The translations under genes and the position numbers were made by a program. Positions 8,833-17,105 of a stretch of 40,375 nucleotides of DNA are shown piece by piece (the stretch's first letter is position 1; every line of letters starts with the position of its first letter). Origin of the DNA: an uncultured Spirochaetaceae bacterium (GTDB lineage Bacteria; Spirochaetota; Spirochaetia; DSM-27196; SLST01). The notes below the pieces were generated by a model. That model made no database searches, was not told the origin of the DNA, and saw nothing but the letters and a program-made list of their open reading frames with translations. Location of the stretch: positions 1 to 40,375 of the forward strand of contig CAYTGY010000001.1 in assembly GCA_964437265.1 (NCBI GenBank), given 5' to 3'.

Positions 8833-9720
8833 GTGACCCCTCACATTAGCGCATGCGTTTGCACCTACAAGAGGCCCGAGCTACTGGACAAGCTGCTCCG
8901 CTCACTGGACGCGCAGCGAACTGAAGGTGAGTTCACGTATTCAATCGTGGTGTCAGACAATGACATCACGCGTTCGGGCGAGTCGGCCGTGATTGGACAT
9001 CGACAACGAAGCCGGATTCCGGTCGAGTATCTTGTGGAACCGCGCGCGAATATTGCGCACAACCGAAACAGGGCCGTCTCCGCAGCAAGAGGCGACTTCG
9101 TTGCGTTTGTCGACGATGACGAGTTCGCCGAACCCGACTGGCTTCTGAGTCTCGTGCGCATCTATCGTGATTATTCGTGTGACGGGGTTCTTGGCCCCGT
9201 GGTGCCACACTTCGAGAACACTGCGCCTCGGTGGGTCACCGACGGGGGGTTCTTCCAAAGACCAACGCATCACGACGGCTTCGAGATTGGGTTGTCCGAG
9301 GCTCGAACGGGGAACGTTCTCTTCCACCGGTCAGTCTTTGCAGGAGTACGAAGGCCATTCAACCCTCGATTCGGTACCGGATCGGAGGATGTTGATTTCT
9401 TTAGCCGGCTGATGGCGGAGGGGCGACGATTCGTCTGGAGCAGTCGCGCGGTCGTCCACGAGCTAGTGCCCAGCGTTCGGATGGGCAGACTGTACCTCAT
9501 AAGACTGGCCCTGCTTCGCGGCGGCAATGCCTACAAACGCACCGCCGGACGGCTGCGGAGAACTGCGAGATCGCTCGTCGCTGTACCAGCCTACGTCCCG
9601 CTGCTCGCAGTACTGCTTCTCGTCAGCTATAACCGACACCTGAGATTGCTCATCAGTCTCTGTGATCATCTTGGCGCGCTGGCCGCCGTGTTCGGAATAT
9701 CGATCAGAAGCCGTCGATAG
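8833..9720 (+). CDS. Family-2 glycosyltransferase with C-terminal transmembrane helices (polyprenyl-phosphate glycosyltransferase-like: ArnC/GtrB/DPM1 architecture)
   Basis: Motifs ISACVCTYKRPELL, VVSDNDITRSG and FVAFVDDDEFAEPDWL (the DXD motif). The C-terminus has hydrophobic helices SLVAVPAYVPLLAVLLLV and LLISLCDHLGALAAVFGI. GTG start with GAGGA 8 nt upstream. Confidence 0.8.
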   Translation: MTPHISACVCTYKRPELLDKLLRSLDAQRTEGEFTYSIVVSDNDITRSGESAVIGHRQRSRIPVEYLVEPRANIAHNRNRAVSAARGDFVAFVDDDEFAEPDWLLSLVRIYRDYSCDGVLGPVVPHFENTAPRWVTDGGFFQRPTHHDGFEIGLSEARTGNVLFHRSVFAGVRRPFNPRFGTGSEDVDFFSRLMAEGRRFVWSSRAVVHELVPSVRMGRLYLIRLALLRGGNAYKRTAGRLRRTARSLVAVPAYVPLLAVLLLVSYNRHLRLLISLCDHLGALAAVFGISIRSRR

Positions 9721-9747
9721 GTCTGATCGGACGTCGTAGGAGAACGG

Positions 9748-10626
9748 ATGGTACCAGAGACAACAACAACAGGCAGATTCCTCAGAACTGCGAGACTTCT
9801 AAATGAGTATTACGAGACCCCAACGGATCCGGCTGCCATCATCGAAGAACTGACGTCTCGTCGCCCCAGACCGGCAATGCTGTCATTCTTGTCTGACGTC
9901 GAGGATTGTCACAGGCTTCCATATCGGTATGAGATCGACAGCATCGCGGTTCTCCCGATCGACACGTACGAGCGTTGGTGGAAGAAGCAGATCAATGCCA
10001 AGACTCGCAACATGGTTCGCAAAGCGCAAAAATCCAATGTCGAAGTGAAGAGTGTACGCTTCAGCGACGATTTGGCAGCACAGATCAAGGCCATCTACGA
10101 TGAGTCGCCCACTCGGCAAGGAAAGAAGTTCAGCCACTACGGCAAACCAGTCGGTCAGGTGAAGGCCGAGAACGCGACTTTTTCGCAATCCAGCGACTAC
10201 CTAGGGGCCTTCTGGGACGGCAAGATGATCGGTTATGCGAAGCTTGTGCACGGCGCGAGGAAGTCGAGCTTGATGCAGATCGTCTCAATGGTTGGTCAGC
10301 GCGACAAGGCCCCAACCAACGCACTTGTCGCGCATGCGGTGAGAATCTGTGCTGAGCGCCAGTGTCGGTACCTCCATTACGGCGTTTGGAGTCGACGGGG
10401 TCTGGGTGGCTTCAAGAAGCACAACGGCTTCAAGCGGTACAACCTGGTCCGGTACTACGTCCCGCTCACGGCTCTTGGATACATCACGATCGCTCTGGGC
10501 CTTCACAAGCGGATATCGACGCGCATCCCCGGGCCTGTTCAGGACCGTCTCGTCGTACTACGCGATCGTCTCAATGCGGTCCGCCGCTTGCTTCGGCGCC
10601 GACGCACACAAGCCACTAGTTCGTAG
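9748..10626 (+). CDS. FemAB-family / GNAT-fold (Acetyltransf_6-like) protein; candidate aminoacyl-tRNA-dependent transferase
   Basis: The segment TYERWWKKQINAKTRNMVRKAQKSNVEVKSV resembles the ...sktRnqiRKAeKsGvev... segment of FemX/FemAB proteins. Further matches are a GNAT-like core (GAFWDGKMIGYAKLV...) and the C-terminal GGFKKHNGFKRY. AGGAG lies 5 nt before the ATG. The family call is by eye only. Confidence 0.6.
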   Translation: MVPETTTTGRFLRTARLLNEYYETPTDPAAIIEELTSRRPRPAMLSFLSDVEDCHRLPYRYEIDSIAVLPIDTYERWWKKQINAKTRNMVRKAQKSNVEVKSVRFSDDLAAQIKAIYDESPTRQGKKFSHYGKPVGQVKAENATFSQSSDYLGAFWDGKMIGYAKLVHGARKSSLMQIVSMVGQRDKAPTNALVAHAVRICAERQCRYLHYGVWSRRGLGGFKKHNGFKRYNLVRYYVPLTALGYITIALGLHKRISTRIPGPVQDRLVVLRDRLNAVRRLLRRRRTQATSS

Positions 10627-10657
10627 CTTCTCGGATATAAGTCGCAGACCGGAGACC

Positions 10658-10686
10658 TTGCGTCACTCCGAGCATCGTCGTAGCTT
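10658..10686 (+). promoter_or_regulatory. Candidate sigma70-type promoter for the tRNA-like gene (TTGCGT-17 nt-TAGCTT)
   Basis: TTGCGT at 10658-10663, a 17-nt spacer, then TAGCTT at 10681-10686. This would place a transcription start about 3-5 nt before the mature 5' end at 10697. It is a pattern match only. Confidence 0.25.
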
Positions 10687-10696
10687 ATTCAGCATT

Positions 10697-10767
10697 GGGG
10701 CCGTAGCCCAATCGGTAGGGCGTCACGGATTTCCGTGAAGGTGGGAGTTCGAATCTTCCCGGCTCCA
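10697..10767 (+). tRNA. tRNA-like gene: tRNA-Ala-type acceptor stem (G3:U70, A73) with canonical D and T arms but a non-canonical anticodon arm; anticodon undeterminable and no encoded CCA
   Basis: Hand fold as follows. Acceptor GGGGCCG (10697-10703) pairs with CGGCTCC (10760-10766), giving a G3(10699):T70(10764) wobble, and the discriminator is A at 10767. U8 and A9 are present. D stem GCCC/GGGC with loop AATCGGTA (A14, G18G19 and A21 present). T stem GGGAG/CTTCC with loop TTCGAAT. The segment between the D and T arms is 2 nt too short for a normal tRNA. It folds as TCACGG-ATTT-CCGTGA, a 6-bp stem with a tetraloop, or alternatively 5 bp with a 6-nt loop. No 5-bp stem with a 7-nt loop and U33 can be drawn. 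Confidence 0.75.
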
Positions 10768-10807
10768 TCGTCCCAACTTGTCCAAGCTTCGCTCGATTGA
10801 AACTGTC

Positions 10808-11872
10808 ATGACTGTGTGGATAGACCTTGCCAACGCACCCCACGTCCCCTTCTTCGCCCCAATCGTAGCCGAGTTGGAGAGACGCCGGCACACCTGCGTA
10901 ATCACCGCGCGGGACTTCAATCACACGGTGGAACTTGCCCGTCTTACCGGTCTTTCGGTTGTGCGTGTAGGAGCGCATGGTGGTCGAAAGGACGTTGCGA
11001 AGCTCGCGAATCTTCCTGTTCGCGTACGGCAGTTGCTGAATGCCGTCGGCGGTGACAAGCCGTCTGTCGCGGTTAGCCACAACTCGTACACTCAGACGCT
11101 CGCCGCCAGGATCAGTCGAATCCCCGTCGTCACAATAATGGACTACGAGGGACAACCAGCGAACCACATCGCGTTTCGGGCGGCGAACCGTGTCGTTGTG
11201 CCGGAAAGCTTCCCAAGAACAGATCTCCGGAGGTTTGGAGCTCGCGAGAACAAGACGGTGCGGTACCCCGGTTTCAAGGAGCAAGTGTACCTGGACTCAT
11301 TCGAGCCATCGGACGACGGGCTTCTGAGGATTCTGGAGGAGATCGATCCCCCCCACGGATGGGACCTCAATGCGGGCCTGCTCGTTACGGTTCGCACGCC
11401 AGCGACGATCGCGGCGTATCATCACTTCCACAATCCGCTGTTCGATTCGCTGCTGGAACGGCTGTCCACGATGCCTGGCGTCTTGAACGTGCTCCTCTGC
11501 CGCACCGAGGAGCAGGAACGAGCCTATCGAGGTCGCTTCTCCTCCATCCGTATCCCGGCCAACCAACTCGACGGCAAAGACCTTGTATATCACTCCGATT
11601 ACGTCTTCAGCGCGGGCGGTACGATGAACCGAGAGGCTGCAATCGTAGGTACACCGGCGTACACGCTCTTTGCCGGCAAGCTTCCAGCCATAGACGCCGA
11701 GCTGATTCGTTTGGGAAGACTTCGTCAGCTTCGCACCGTAGCAGACGTGAAACAGCTTGAACTGAGCAAGACACCGAAGCTGCCAACGCTGCGGAACCCA
11801 GGCTTGATCGCGTTTTTCGCTGATCAGATCGAGTTGCTCGCAAAACGTGGCCATCGTTCCATCACGACATGA
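10808..11872 (+). CDS. DUF354-family protein (GT-B/epimerase-like fold, function unknown), paralogue 1
   Basis: Starts MTVWIDLANAPHVPFFAPIV, nearly identical to the start of the next gene, and carries the shared C-terminal motif GGTMNREAA. I prefer ATG 10808 over TTG 10778 by analogy with the paralogue. Confidence 0.75.
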   Translation: MTVWIDLANAPHVPFFAPIVAELERRRHTCVITARDFNHTVELARLTGLSVVRVGAHGGRKDVAKLANLPVRVRQLLNAVGGDKPSVAVSHNSYTQTLAARISRIPVVTIMDYEGQPANHIAFRAANRVVVPESFPRTDLRRFGARENKTVRYPGFKEQVYLDSFEPSDDGLLRILEEIDPPHGWDLNAGLLVTVRTPATIAAYHHFHNPLFDSLLERLSTMPGVLNVLLCRTEEQERAYRGRFSSIRIPANQLDGKDLVYHSDYVFSAGGTMNREAAIVGTPAYTLFAGKLPAIDAELIRLGRLRQLRTVADVKQLELSKTPKLPTLRNPGLIAFFADQIELLAKRGHRSITT

Positions 11873-12951
11873 CCGTTTGGATTGACACTGACAATGCACC
11901 GCACGCTTTGCTGATGGCTCCGATAGTTCGAGCGTTGGAGCGCCGTGGAAATCGCGTTGTCGTCACAGCGCGCCTGCACGGGCCACTCGTGGAAATGCTT
12001 GAGGCACAAGGAATTTCTCCGGCTATCTGTGGCGCTTACCCTGGCAAGCGTCTCGTCTCGAAGGTAGTACACGTAATGCGCCGCGCCATCTGCCTCTCTC
12101 GGTTCCTGCGAAAGGAGAGACCAGCTGTTGGATTGTCCCACGGGACGCGTGCGGCGATGATCGCTGCACGACTCACGCAAACCCCTTTCGTTACGATGCT
12201 GGACTACGAGCACTCTAACATGCCGGCGAGGATCGTGAACTGGTCCGCCGCCATCCTCGTCCCGCGCGTGGCAGACCGGAGTGAGTTGGTTGGTCTCGGT
12301 TACCTGCCAGAGCTCGTTGCCACCTATGACGGGCTGAAGGAAGAGCTCTATGTATACGGCGCCGCGATTGATCAAGAGAAGCCAAGCATCTGGCAGCGTG
12401 AAGACGCGATACATGTTCTGCTTCGGCCGCCCGCTGACACCGCGCACTACTTCCGTGCGGAGTCCACTGTTGTCTTTCGGAGGATACTCGACCGGCTATC
12501 TGCCGCACGCGAAGCTGTGGAGTGCGTCGTTGTGCCGCGCAGCGCAAAACAATCGGCCGAGCTCCAATCAGTCATCTCGAGATCGGGGTCGGACTCTATT
12601 CGCGTCCTGAATCACGTCGTTGATGGGCCGACGACTATTCGGTCGGCTGACCTAGTGATTGGCGGCGGAGGTACCATGAATCGGGAGGCCGCCTGCATCG
12701 GCGTACCCGCCTTTAGCACGTATGCGGGTCGTTGGGGAGGCGTTGATCGGTACCTCGAGCAGATCGGACGACTCACCAATCTGGTTGACGACACCCAACC
12801 GTCAAAGCTCATGCTTCGCAAGCAACATCAGCTGGACCCGCTCGGATCTGTGACCAAGTCGGCAAAGCTACTCCGCGAGATCTGCGACCTCATCGAGCGT
12901 GCGGGGGTCTCCGAGGCGCAGCACAAGGTTCATTCAAGAAGGAAGATATGA
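11869..12951 (+). CDS. DUF354-family protein, paralogue 2 (tandem duplicate)
   Basis: Starts MTVWIDTDNAPHALLMAPIV and has ...GGGGTMNREAACIGVPA. It is collinear with the upstream gene at roughly 30% identity by eye. ATGA start/stop overlap. Confidence 0.75.
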   Translation: MTVWIDTDNAPHALLMAPIVRALERRGNRVVVTARLHGPLVEMLEAQGISPAICGAYPGKRLVSKVVHVMRRAICLSRFLRKERPAVGLSHGTRAAMIAARLTQTPFVTMLDYEHSNMPARIVNWSAAILVPRVADRSELVGLGYLPELVATYDGLKEELYVYGAAIDQEKPSIWQREDAIHVLLRPPADTAHYFRAESTVVFRRILDRLSAAREAVECVVVPRSAKQSAELQSVISRSGSDSIRVLNHVVDGPTTIRSADLVIGGGGTMNREAACIGVPAFSTYAGRWGGVDRYLEQIGRLTNLVDDTQPSKLMLRKQHQLDPLGSVTKSAKLLREICDLIERAGVSEAQHKVHSRRKI

Positions 12952-14072
12952 AGATAATCCATGTTGTCGGGGCCAGGCCGAATTTCATGAAGCTTGCCCC
13001 GGTCCATCGGGCGCTTTCCCAGTTCGAAGGTATTGACCAACGCATTGTTCATACAGGACAGCACTATGACCGGGCGATGTCAGAGCTCTTCTTTGAGCAG
13101 CTCGGCATTCCCGAACCAGACAAGAACCTCGGAGTTGGTTCAGCCGACCACGCGACGCAGACCGCACGCATCATTGAAAAGATGGGACTCGTACTCAGAG
13201 ACGACGCGCCGGAATCCGTGATTGTGTACGGCGACGTGAACTCAACAGTCGCTGCAGCTCTCGTGGCGACGAAACTCGGAATCCACGTGACTCACGTCGA
13301 AGCGGGTCTGCGATCCGGGGACTTCACGATGCCGGAGGAGATCAACCGACGGGTTACCGACTCGATCTCCAATCTCCTGCTTGCCCCATCAGTAGATGCA
13401 TGTCAGAACCTCGCCCGCGAGGGTGTGCCCGACCGATCGGTTGCTCTCGTCGGAAACGTGATGATCGATACGCTCGTATTCGTTCTCCCTCAGGCTGACA
13501 GCGCGTGGTCCGCCGTGTCGGAGGCGCATGATGTCGACCATAAGAAGTACTGCCTGGTTACGATTCACCGGGCAAGCAACACCGACAATCCCGATCAGTT
13601 GAGGAGAATCTGTCGAGCACTCGAAAGTATCGCCGACCGGATCCCGGTAGTATTCCCCGTACACCCGCGAACCCGGTCCCGTCTGAACGAAATAGGCTAC
13701 ATGCAGAAGGATCAGAGCCGAGTAATACTAGCCGATCCGTTAGGTTACCTGGAGTTCTTGGCTCTCCAGAAGCACGCGGCGGCAATCGTGACGGATTCAG
13801 GTGGAGTTCAGGAAGAATCCACATACCTCCGTGTTCCCTGCCTGACCCTCAGGGCGAACACCGAAAGGCCCGTGACGATTTCGAGTGGGACAAACCAAAT
13901 AGTCGGAACCGAACCCGAAATCCTAGTGGAACGGATTGGGGCGGTTCTCGCTACTCCGCAGGTCGTTCGCGAACACCCGATTCGGTGGGACGGATTGGCC
14001 GGGCAACGCGCAGCTGAAGCAATACTAGCGGATTTCCCGGGTCTCAATACGCGGACGCAGGCACCGGCATAG
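12948..14072 (+). CDS. wecB: UDP-N-acetylglucosamine 2-epimerase family enzyme (non-hydrolysing, WecB/WbpI type)
   Basis: MKIIHVVGARPNFMKLAPV...HTGQHYDRAMSELFFEQLGIPEPDKNLGVGS..HATQTA, ...VEAGLRS.. and ...TDSGGVQEE. Epimerase_2 signatures run the full length. GAAGGAAG lies upstream, with an ATGA overlap. Confidence 0.9.
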   Translation: MKIIHVVGARPNFMKLAPVHRALSQFEGIDQRIVHTGQHYDRAMSELFFEQLGIPEPDKNLGVGSADHATQTARIIEKMGLVLRDDAPESVIVYGDVNSTVAAALVATKLGIHVTHVEAGLRSGDFTMPEEINRRVTDSISNLLLAPSVDACQNLAREGVPDRSVALVGNVMIDTLVFVLPQADSAWSAVSEAHDVDHKKYCLVTIHRASNTDNPDQLRRICRALESIADRIPVVFPVHPRTRSRLNEIGYMQKDQSRVILADPLGYLEFLALQKHAAAIVTDSGGVQEESTYLRVPCLTLRANTERPVTISSGTNQIVGTEPEILVERIGAVLATPQVVREHPIRWDGLAGQRAAEAILADFPGLNTRTQAPA

Positions 14073-14075
14073 ACA

Positions 14076-14104
14076 GTCCGGGCGGAGCATATTGCCGGGC
14101 TTTT
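14076..14104 (+). terminator. Weak hairpin plus T-tract (possible leaky terminator or attenuator) in the wecB-dehydrogenase gap
   Basis: GTCCGG (14076-14081) pairs with CCGGGC (14095-14100) around a 13-nt loop, followed by TTTT (14101-14104). The stem is short and the loop large, so the call is weak. Confidence 0.2.
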
Positions 14105-14146
14105 GGAACCTCGTCACGCAGCAGCAAACCAAAAAGGAGCGTTCAC

Positions 14147-15484
14147 GTGAGTCAGACAGCTACAAGCGGGTCGACTGTCGCTGACGAGTTGATCAGCCGG
14201 TTCCGCAATCGCGAGGCGACGGTCGGTATCGTGGGTCTCGGCTACGTTGGTCTTCCGCTCGCGTTCTCTGCAGTGCGCCACGGCTTTTCCGTAGTGGGAT
14301 TCGACATCGATGGCAGCAAGGTTGATAAGCTGCGAAACGGCATATCCTATCTGTCGCACGTCGATGCCGCTCCGTTGGCCGAGGGGCTTTCGGAGAATCG
14401 CTTTGACGCCACGACACAGTTCCAGCGTATCCGGGACGTTGACGCGGTCCTCATTTGTGTTCCAACGCCACTCGGTTTGCATCGCGAGCCCGACACGTCT
14501 TACATCGAGTCGACGGTTTCGTCAATCGTTCCGTTTCTCAAGCGTGGGCAGCTTGTCAGCCTCGAGAGCAGCACGTATCCTTCTACGACGCGGACACTCG
14601 TCGCCCAGCCAATTGAGGAGTCCGGGCTCGTCGTAGGTGAGGATGTGTTTGTGGTGTACTCCCCCGAACGTGAAGATCCAGGAAACGCATCGTTTGCGGT
14701 GTCTCAGATACCGAAACTGCTCGGAGGCGTTTCTCCGCGTTGCAATGTGGTCGGTGAGGCCCTCTATAGCAATCTTGTCAGCCGCGTTGTGCCGACGAGA
14801 ACGCTTGAAGTAGCTGAGATGGCGAAACTGCTCGAGAACATCTACCGCGCCGTCAATATTGGACTTGTGAACGAGATGAAGATGGTCGCGGACAAACTCG
14901 GAGTCAGCATCTGGGAGGTAATCGATGCAGCCTCAACCAAGCCTTTCGGATTCACGCCGTTTTATCCCGGACCGGGTCTCGGCGGGCACTGTATCCCAAT
15001 CGATCCGTTCTACCTGACCTGGAAGGCACGCGAGGTTGGCGTTAATACGCGGTTCATCGAACTCGCGGGAGAGATAAACAGCTCGATGCCGGCGTGGGTC
15101 GTGTCAAAAATCAGTGCGGGATTGAACCGTGCGGGGATTGCCGTTGGCCGAGCTCGTGTTCTCATACTCGGCGTCGCCTATAAGAAAAATATCGACGATA
15201 TGCGGGAGTCGCCCGCAATCGAAATCATCGAGCAGCTCAGTGCGCTGGGCGCCAGCGTCGAGTACTCTGATCCTCATGTACCGAGCCTTCCCCCTATGAG
15301 GAGGCACACTTTGGAGATGGAGAGCGTGCCGCTCACACCTTCCCGGCTTGAGGAGTACGATTGCGTGGTTGTCGCGACGGATCACGACGAGTTCGACTAT
15401 GATCTCGTACTCGATTGTGCTCGCCTGATCGTGGACACGCGTGGTCGGTACCGCCAGGAGTGCGACCACGTCGTGGGCGCCTGA
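14147..15484 (+). CDS. wbpA: UDP-N-acetyl-D-hexosamine 6-dehydrogenase (WbpA/TviB/WbpO type nucleotide-sugar dehydrogenase)
   Basis: Rossmann motif VGIVGLGYVGLPLA, which is the WbpA/TviB flavour rather than the WecC GLGYIGLP flavour. Catalytic region GPGLGGHCIPIDP. The C-terminal UDP-binding domain VAYKKNIDDMRESPA is present. GTG start with AAGGAG 7 nt upstream. Confidence 0.85.
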   Translation: MSQTATSGSTVADELISRFRNREATVGIVGLGYVGLPLAFSAVRHGFSVVGFDIDGSKVDKLRNGISYLSHVDAAPLAEGLSENRFDATTQFQRIRDVDAVLICVPTPLGLHREPDTSYIESTVSSIVPFLKRGQLVSLESSTYPSTTRTLVAQPIEESGLVVGEDVFVVYSPEREDPGNASFAVSQIPKLLGGVSPRCNVVGEALYSNLVSRVVPTRTLEVAEMAKLLENIYRAVNIGLVNEMKMVADKLGVSIWEVIDAASTKPFGFTPFYPGPGLGGHCIPIDPFYLTWKAREVGVNTRFIELAGEINSSMPAWVVSKISAGLNRAGIAVGRARVLILGVAYKKNIDDMRESPAIEIIEQLSALGASVEYSDPHVPSLPPMRRHTLEMESVPLTPSRLEEYDCVVVATDHDEFDYDLVLDCARLIVDTRGRYRQECDHVVGA

Positions 15485-15532
15485 TCTCTTGCGGTACAGG
15501 ACGCAAGTGATGCTCATGTCGAGGGATTTCGA

Positions 15533-17104
15533 TTGGCCAACCTAGACAGGAATGCCCCAACCGAACCCTCTCCGTCTCTCGGGGAAGACAACGCACAGCT
15601 TCGTCGCAACGCGGTACGAGGCGCCGGTGCCAGCGTAGGCTCTGAAATCGTAGCGTTTGCTAGTCATCTTGTCGGGGTCCTCGTCCTTGGCAGACTCCTC
15701 GATCCACGCGATTTCGGTGCAGTTGCAATGGTGTCGACGTTGTACCTGCTGCTGATGAACTTCGGGATCAACGGGTTTACCGAGTATATCATCCAGAAGA
15801 GAGACGTAACGAGCCAGGATTTGGACGGCCTTTTCTGGCTTCATCTGCCGATCGCGCTTCTCCTTTCGAGTCTCCTGATGGCGCTCGCCCCGGTGCTGTC
15901 CCGTTTTTACGACGAGCCGATCGTTGCACCGGTGGCACGCGTGATGTCAGTAGGCATACCGATCCAGATGCTGGCCACCCAGCCGTTGGCGATCCTCAAG
16001 CGCGAAATGAGGTTCGGCCGAGTTGCCGCATTGCGCGTTGCCAGTGGTATCCTCAGTGTGACGTTCGCTATCGCGTGTGCCATTGCTGGGTTTGGCGTCT
16101 GGGCCATAGTTGTTCGGCAGCTCAGCGAGATCGCTGTAATGGCCGTCGGGGCCATCATCGTGGCAAAGTGGCGGCCCGGTGGGCCCCGACACTGGAAAGC
16201 GGCAACCCACGGCCTGAAGTATGCATTAAGCGTATACGGTACATTTCTCCTCAACTATCTCTCACGAAATCTCGACAAGATCCTTTTGGGACGGTTCCAC
16301 GGCGGGGAAGTGCTCGGGAACTACGATAGGGCGTACCACCTTGCATCGATGCCAGCCGCCCAGCTCGTCATCCCATTGCACGGGGTCGGACTATCGTCGC
16401 TGAGTCGATTGAGAGAGCAGCCTGATCAGTTCGCGCGGTTTTACAGTCGTGCTTTGTCAGCACTGGCCTTGCTGGGCGTGTGGGCGTCTGTGGTTCTGAG
16501 CGTGTCGGGGAAGGACATTGTCATCCTTCTACTCGGCGAGAAATGGGCCCTCGCGGGGAATGTCGTCCAGGCGTTTGGGCTGGGCATCGCCCCAACGATA
16601 CTGAACCAGACCCTCATGTGGCTGCATCTGTCTCTTGGGAAGCCTGAGCGCTGGTTTCGCTGGAACCTCATCTCGGTTTCTCTGATCGCTGTTGGTCTTC
16701 TCGTCGCCGCGCCCTTGGGGCCCATCACTGTGGCTTATGCATACGTGGTACTCAACTACGTGCTCTTCCCCTTTGCGGTTGCGTATGCTGGAAAGCCGAT
16801 TGACCTTCACGTTCGCGAAGTTGTGGGACCCGTACTTCCTTACTTCTTAGCAGGAGCCGCTGCGTACGGTGCGACGGCACTAGCAAGGGCCAACCTACTG
16901 ACGGTGATCCCCATCTACTCATCCGCTATCGGGCGTCTATTGCTAGAGATCCCCATTGCGACCGTGGCCTGCCTTGCTTTCATTGTCCTGTTTCACCGCA
17001 GTTTTTCACCGTTGACGGCGATGGTCCACGCGGCCAAGATCATGCTCGAGAGACGAACGCGGCGCGGTCCGATTGATCCTCGCTCGCACACGGAAGAGGA
17101 CTAA
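15533..17104 (+). CDS. wzx: Wzx-type polysaccharide/oligosaccharide flippase (MOP superfamily)
   Basis: 523 aa with about 12-14 TM segments. The N-terminal pattern NAVRGAGASVGSEIVAFASHLVGVLVLGRLLDPRDFG is typical of Polysacc_synt flippases. TTG start with GAGGGA 6 nt upstream. Confidence 0.8.
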   Translation: MANLDRNAPTEPSPSLGEDNAQLRRNAVRGAGASVGSEIVAFASHLVGVLVLGRLLDPRDFGAVAMVSTLYLLLMNFGINGFTEYIIQKRDVTSQDLDGLFWLHLPIALLLSSLLMALAPVLSRFYDEPIVAPVARVMSVGIPIQMLATQPLAILKREMRFGRVAALRVASGILSVTFAIACAIAGFGVWAIVVRQLSEIAVMAVGAIIVAKWRPGGPRHWKAATHGLKYALSVYGTFLLNYLSRNLDKILLGRFHGGEVLGNYDRAYHLASMPAAQLVIPLHGVGLSSLSRLREQPDQFARFYSRALSALALLGVWASVVLSVSGKDIVILLLGEKWALAGNVVQAFGLGIAPTILNQTLMWLHLSLGKPERWFRWNLISVSLIAVGLLVAAPLGPITVAYAYVVLNYVLFPFAVAYAGKPIDLHVREVVGPVLPYFLAGAAAYGATALARANLLTVIPIYSSAIGRLLLEIPIATVACLAFIVLFHRSFSPLTAMVHAAKIMLERRTRRGPIDPRSHTEED

Positions 17105-17105
17105 C

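Noticed and set aside
10621-10686. 9-bp direct repeat TCGTAGCTT, at 10621-10629 (spanning the FemAB-like stop) and at 10678-10686 just before the tRNA-like gene
   Set aside because: Several 9-mers repeated within 60 bp are expected by chance in 40 kb, roughly ten by a back-of-envelope estimate. The repeat has no flanking structure suggestive of a target-site duplication.
10697-10767. Interpretation of the tRNA-like gene as an integration (att) site marking a genomic-island boundary
   Set aside because: I found no integrase, transposase or recombinase anywhere in the window. I saw no repeat of the tRNA 3' half downstream, although my scan by eye was not exhaustive. The genes on both sides are co-directional and belong to the same pathway. 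I cannot fully exclude it without the whole genome.
15488-15507. Intergenic hairpins: CTTGCG-8 nt-CGCAAG after the dehydrogenase here, and CGCGAC-GGTAG-GTCGCG at 8750-8766 after the first AsnB
   Set aside because: The stems are only 6 bp and no U-tract follows, so these are not convincing intrinsic terminators. They could be minor mRNA-stability elements, but I cannot support any specific function.
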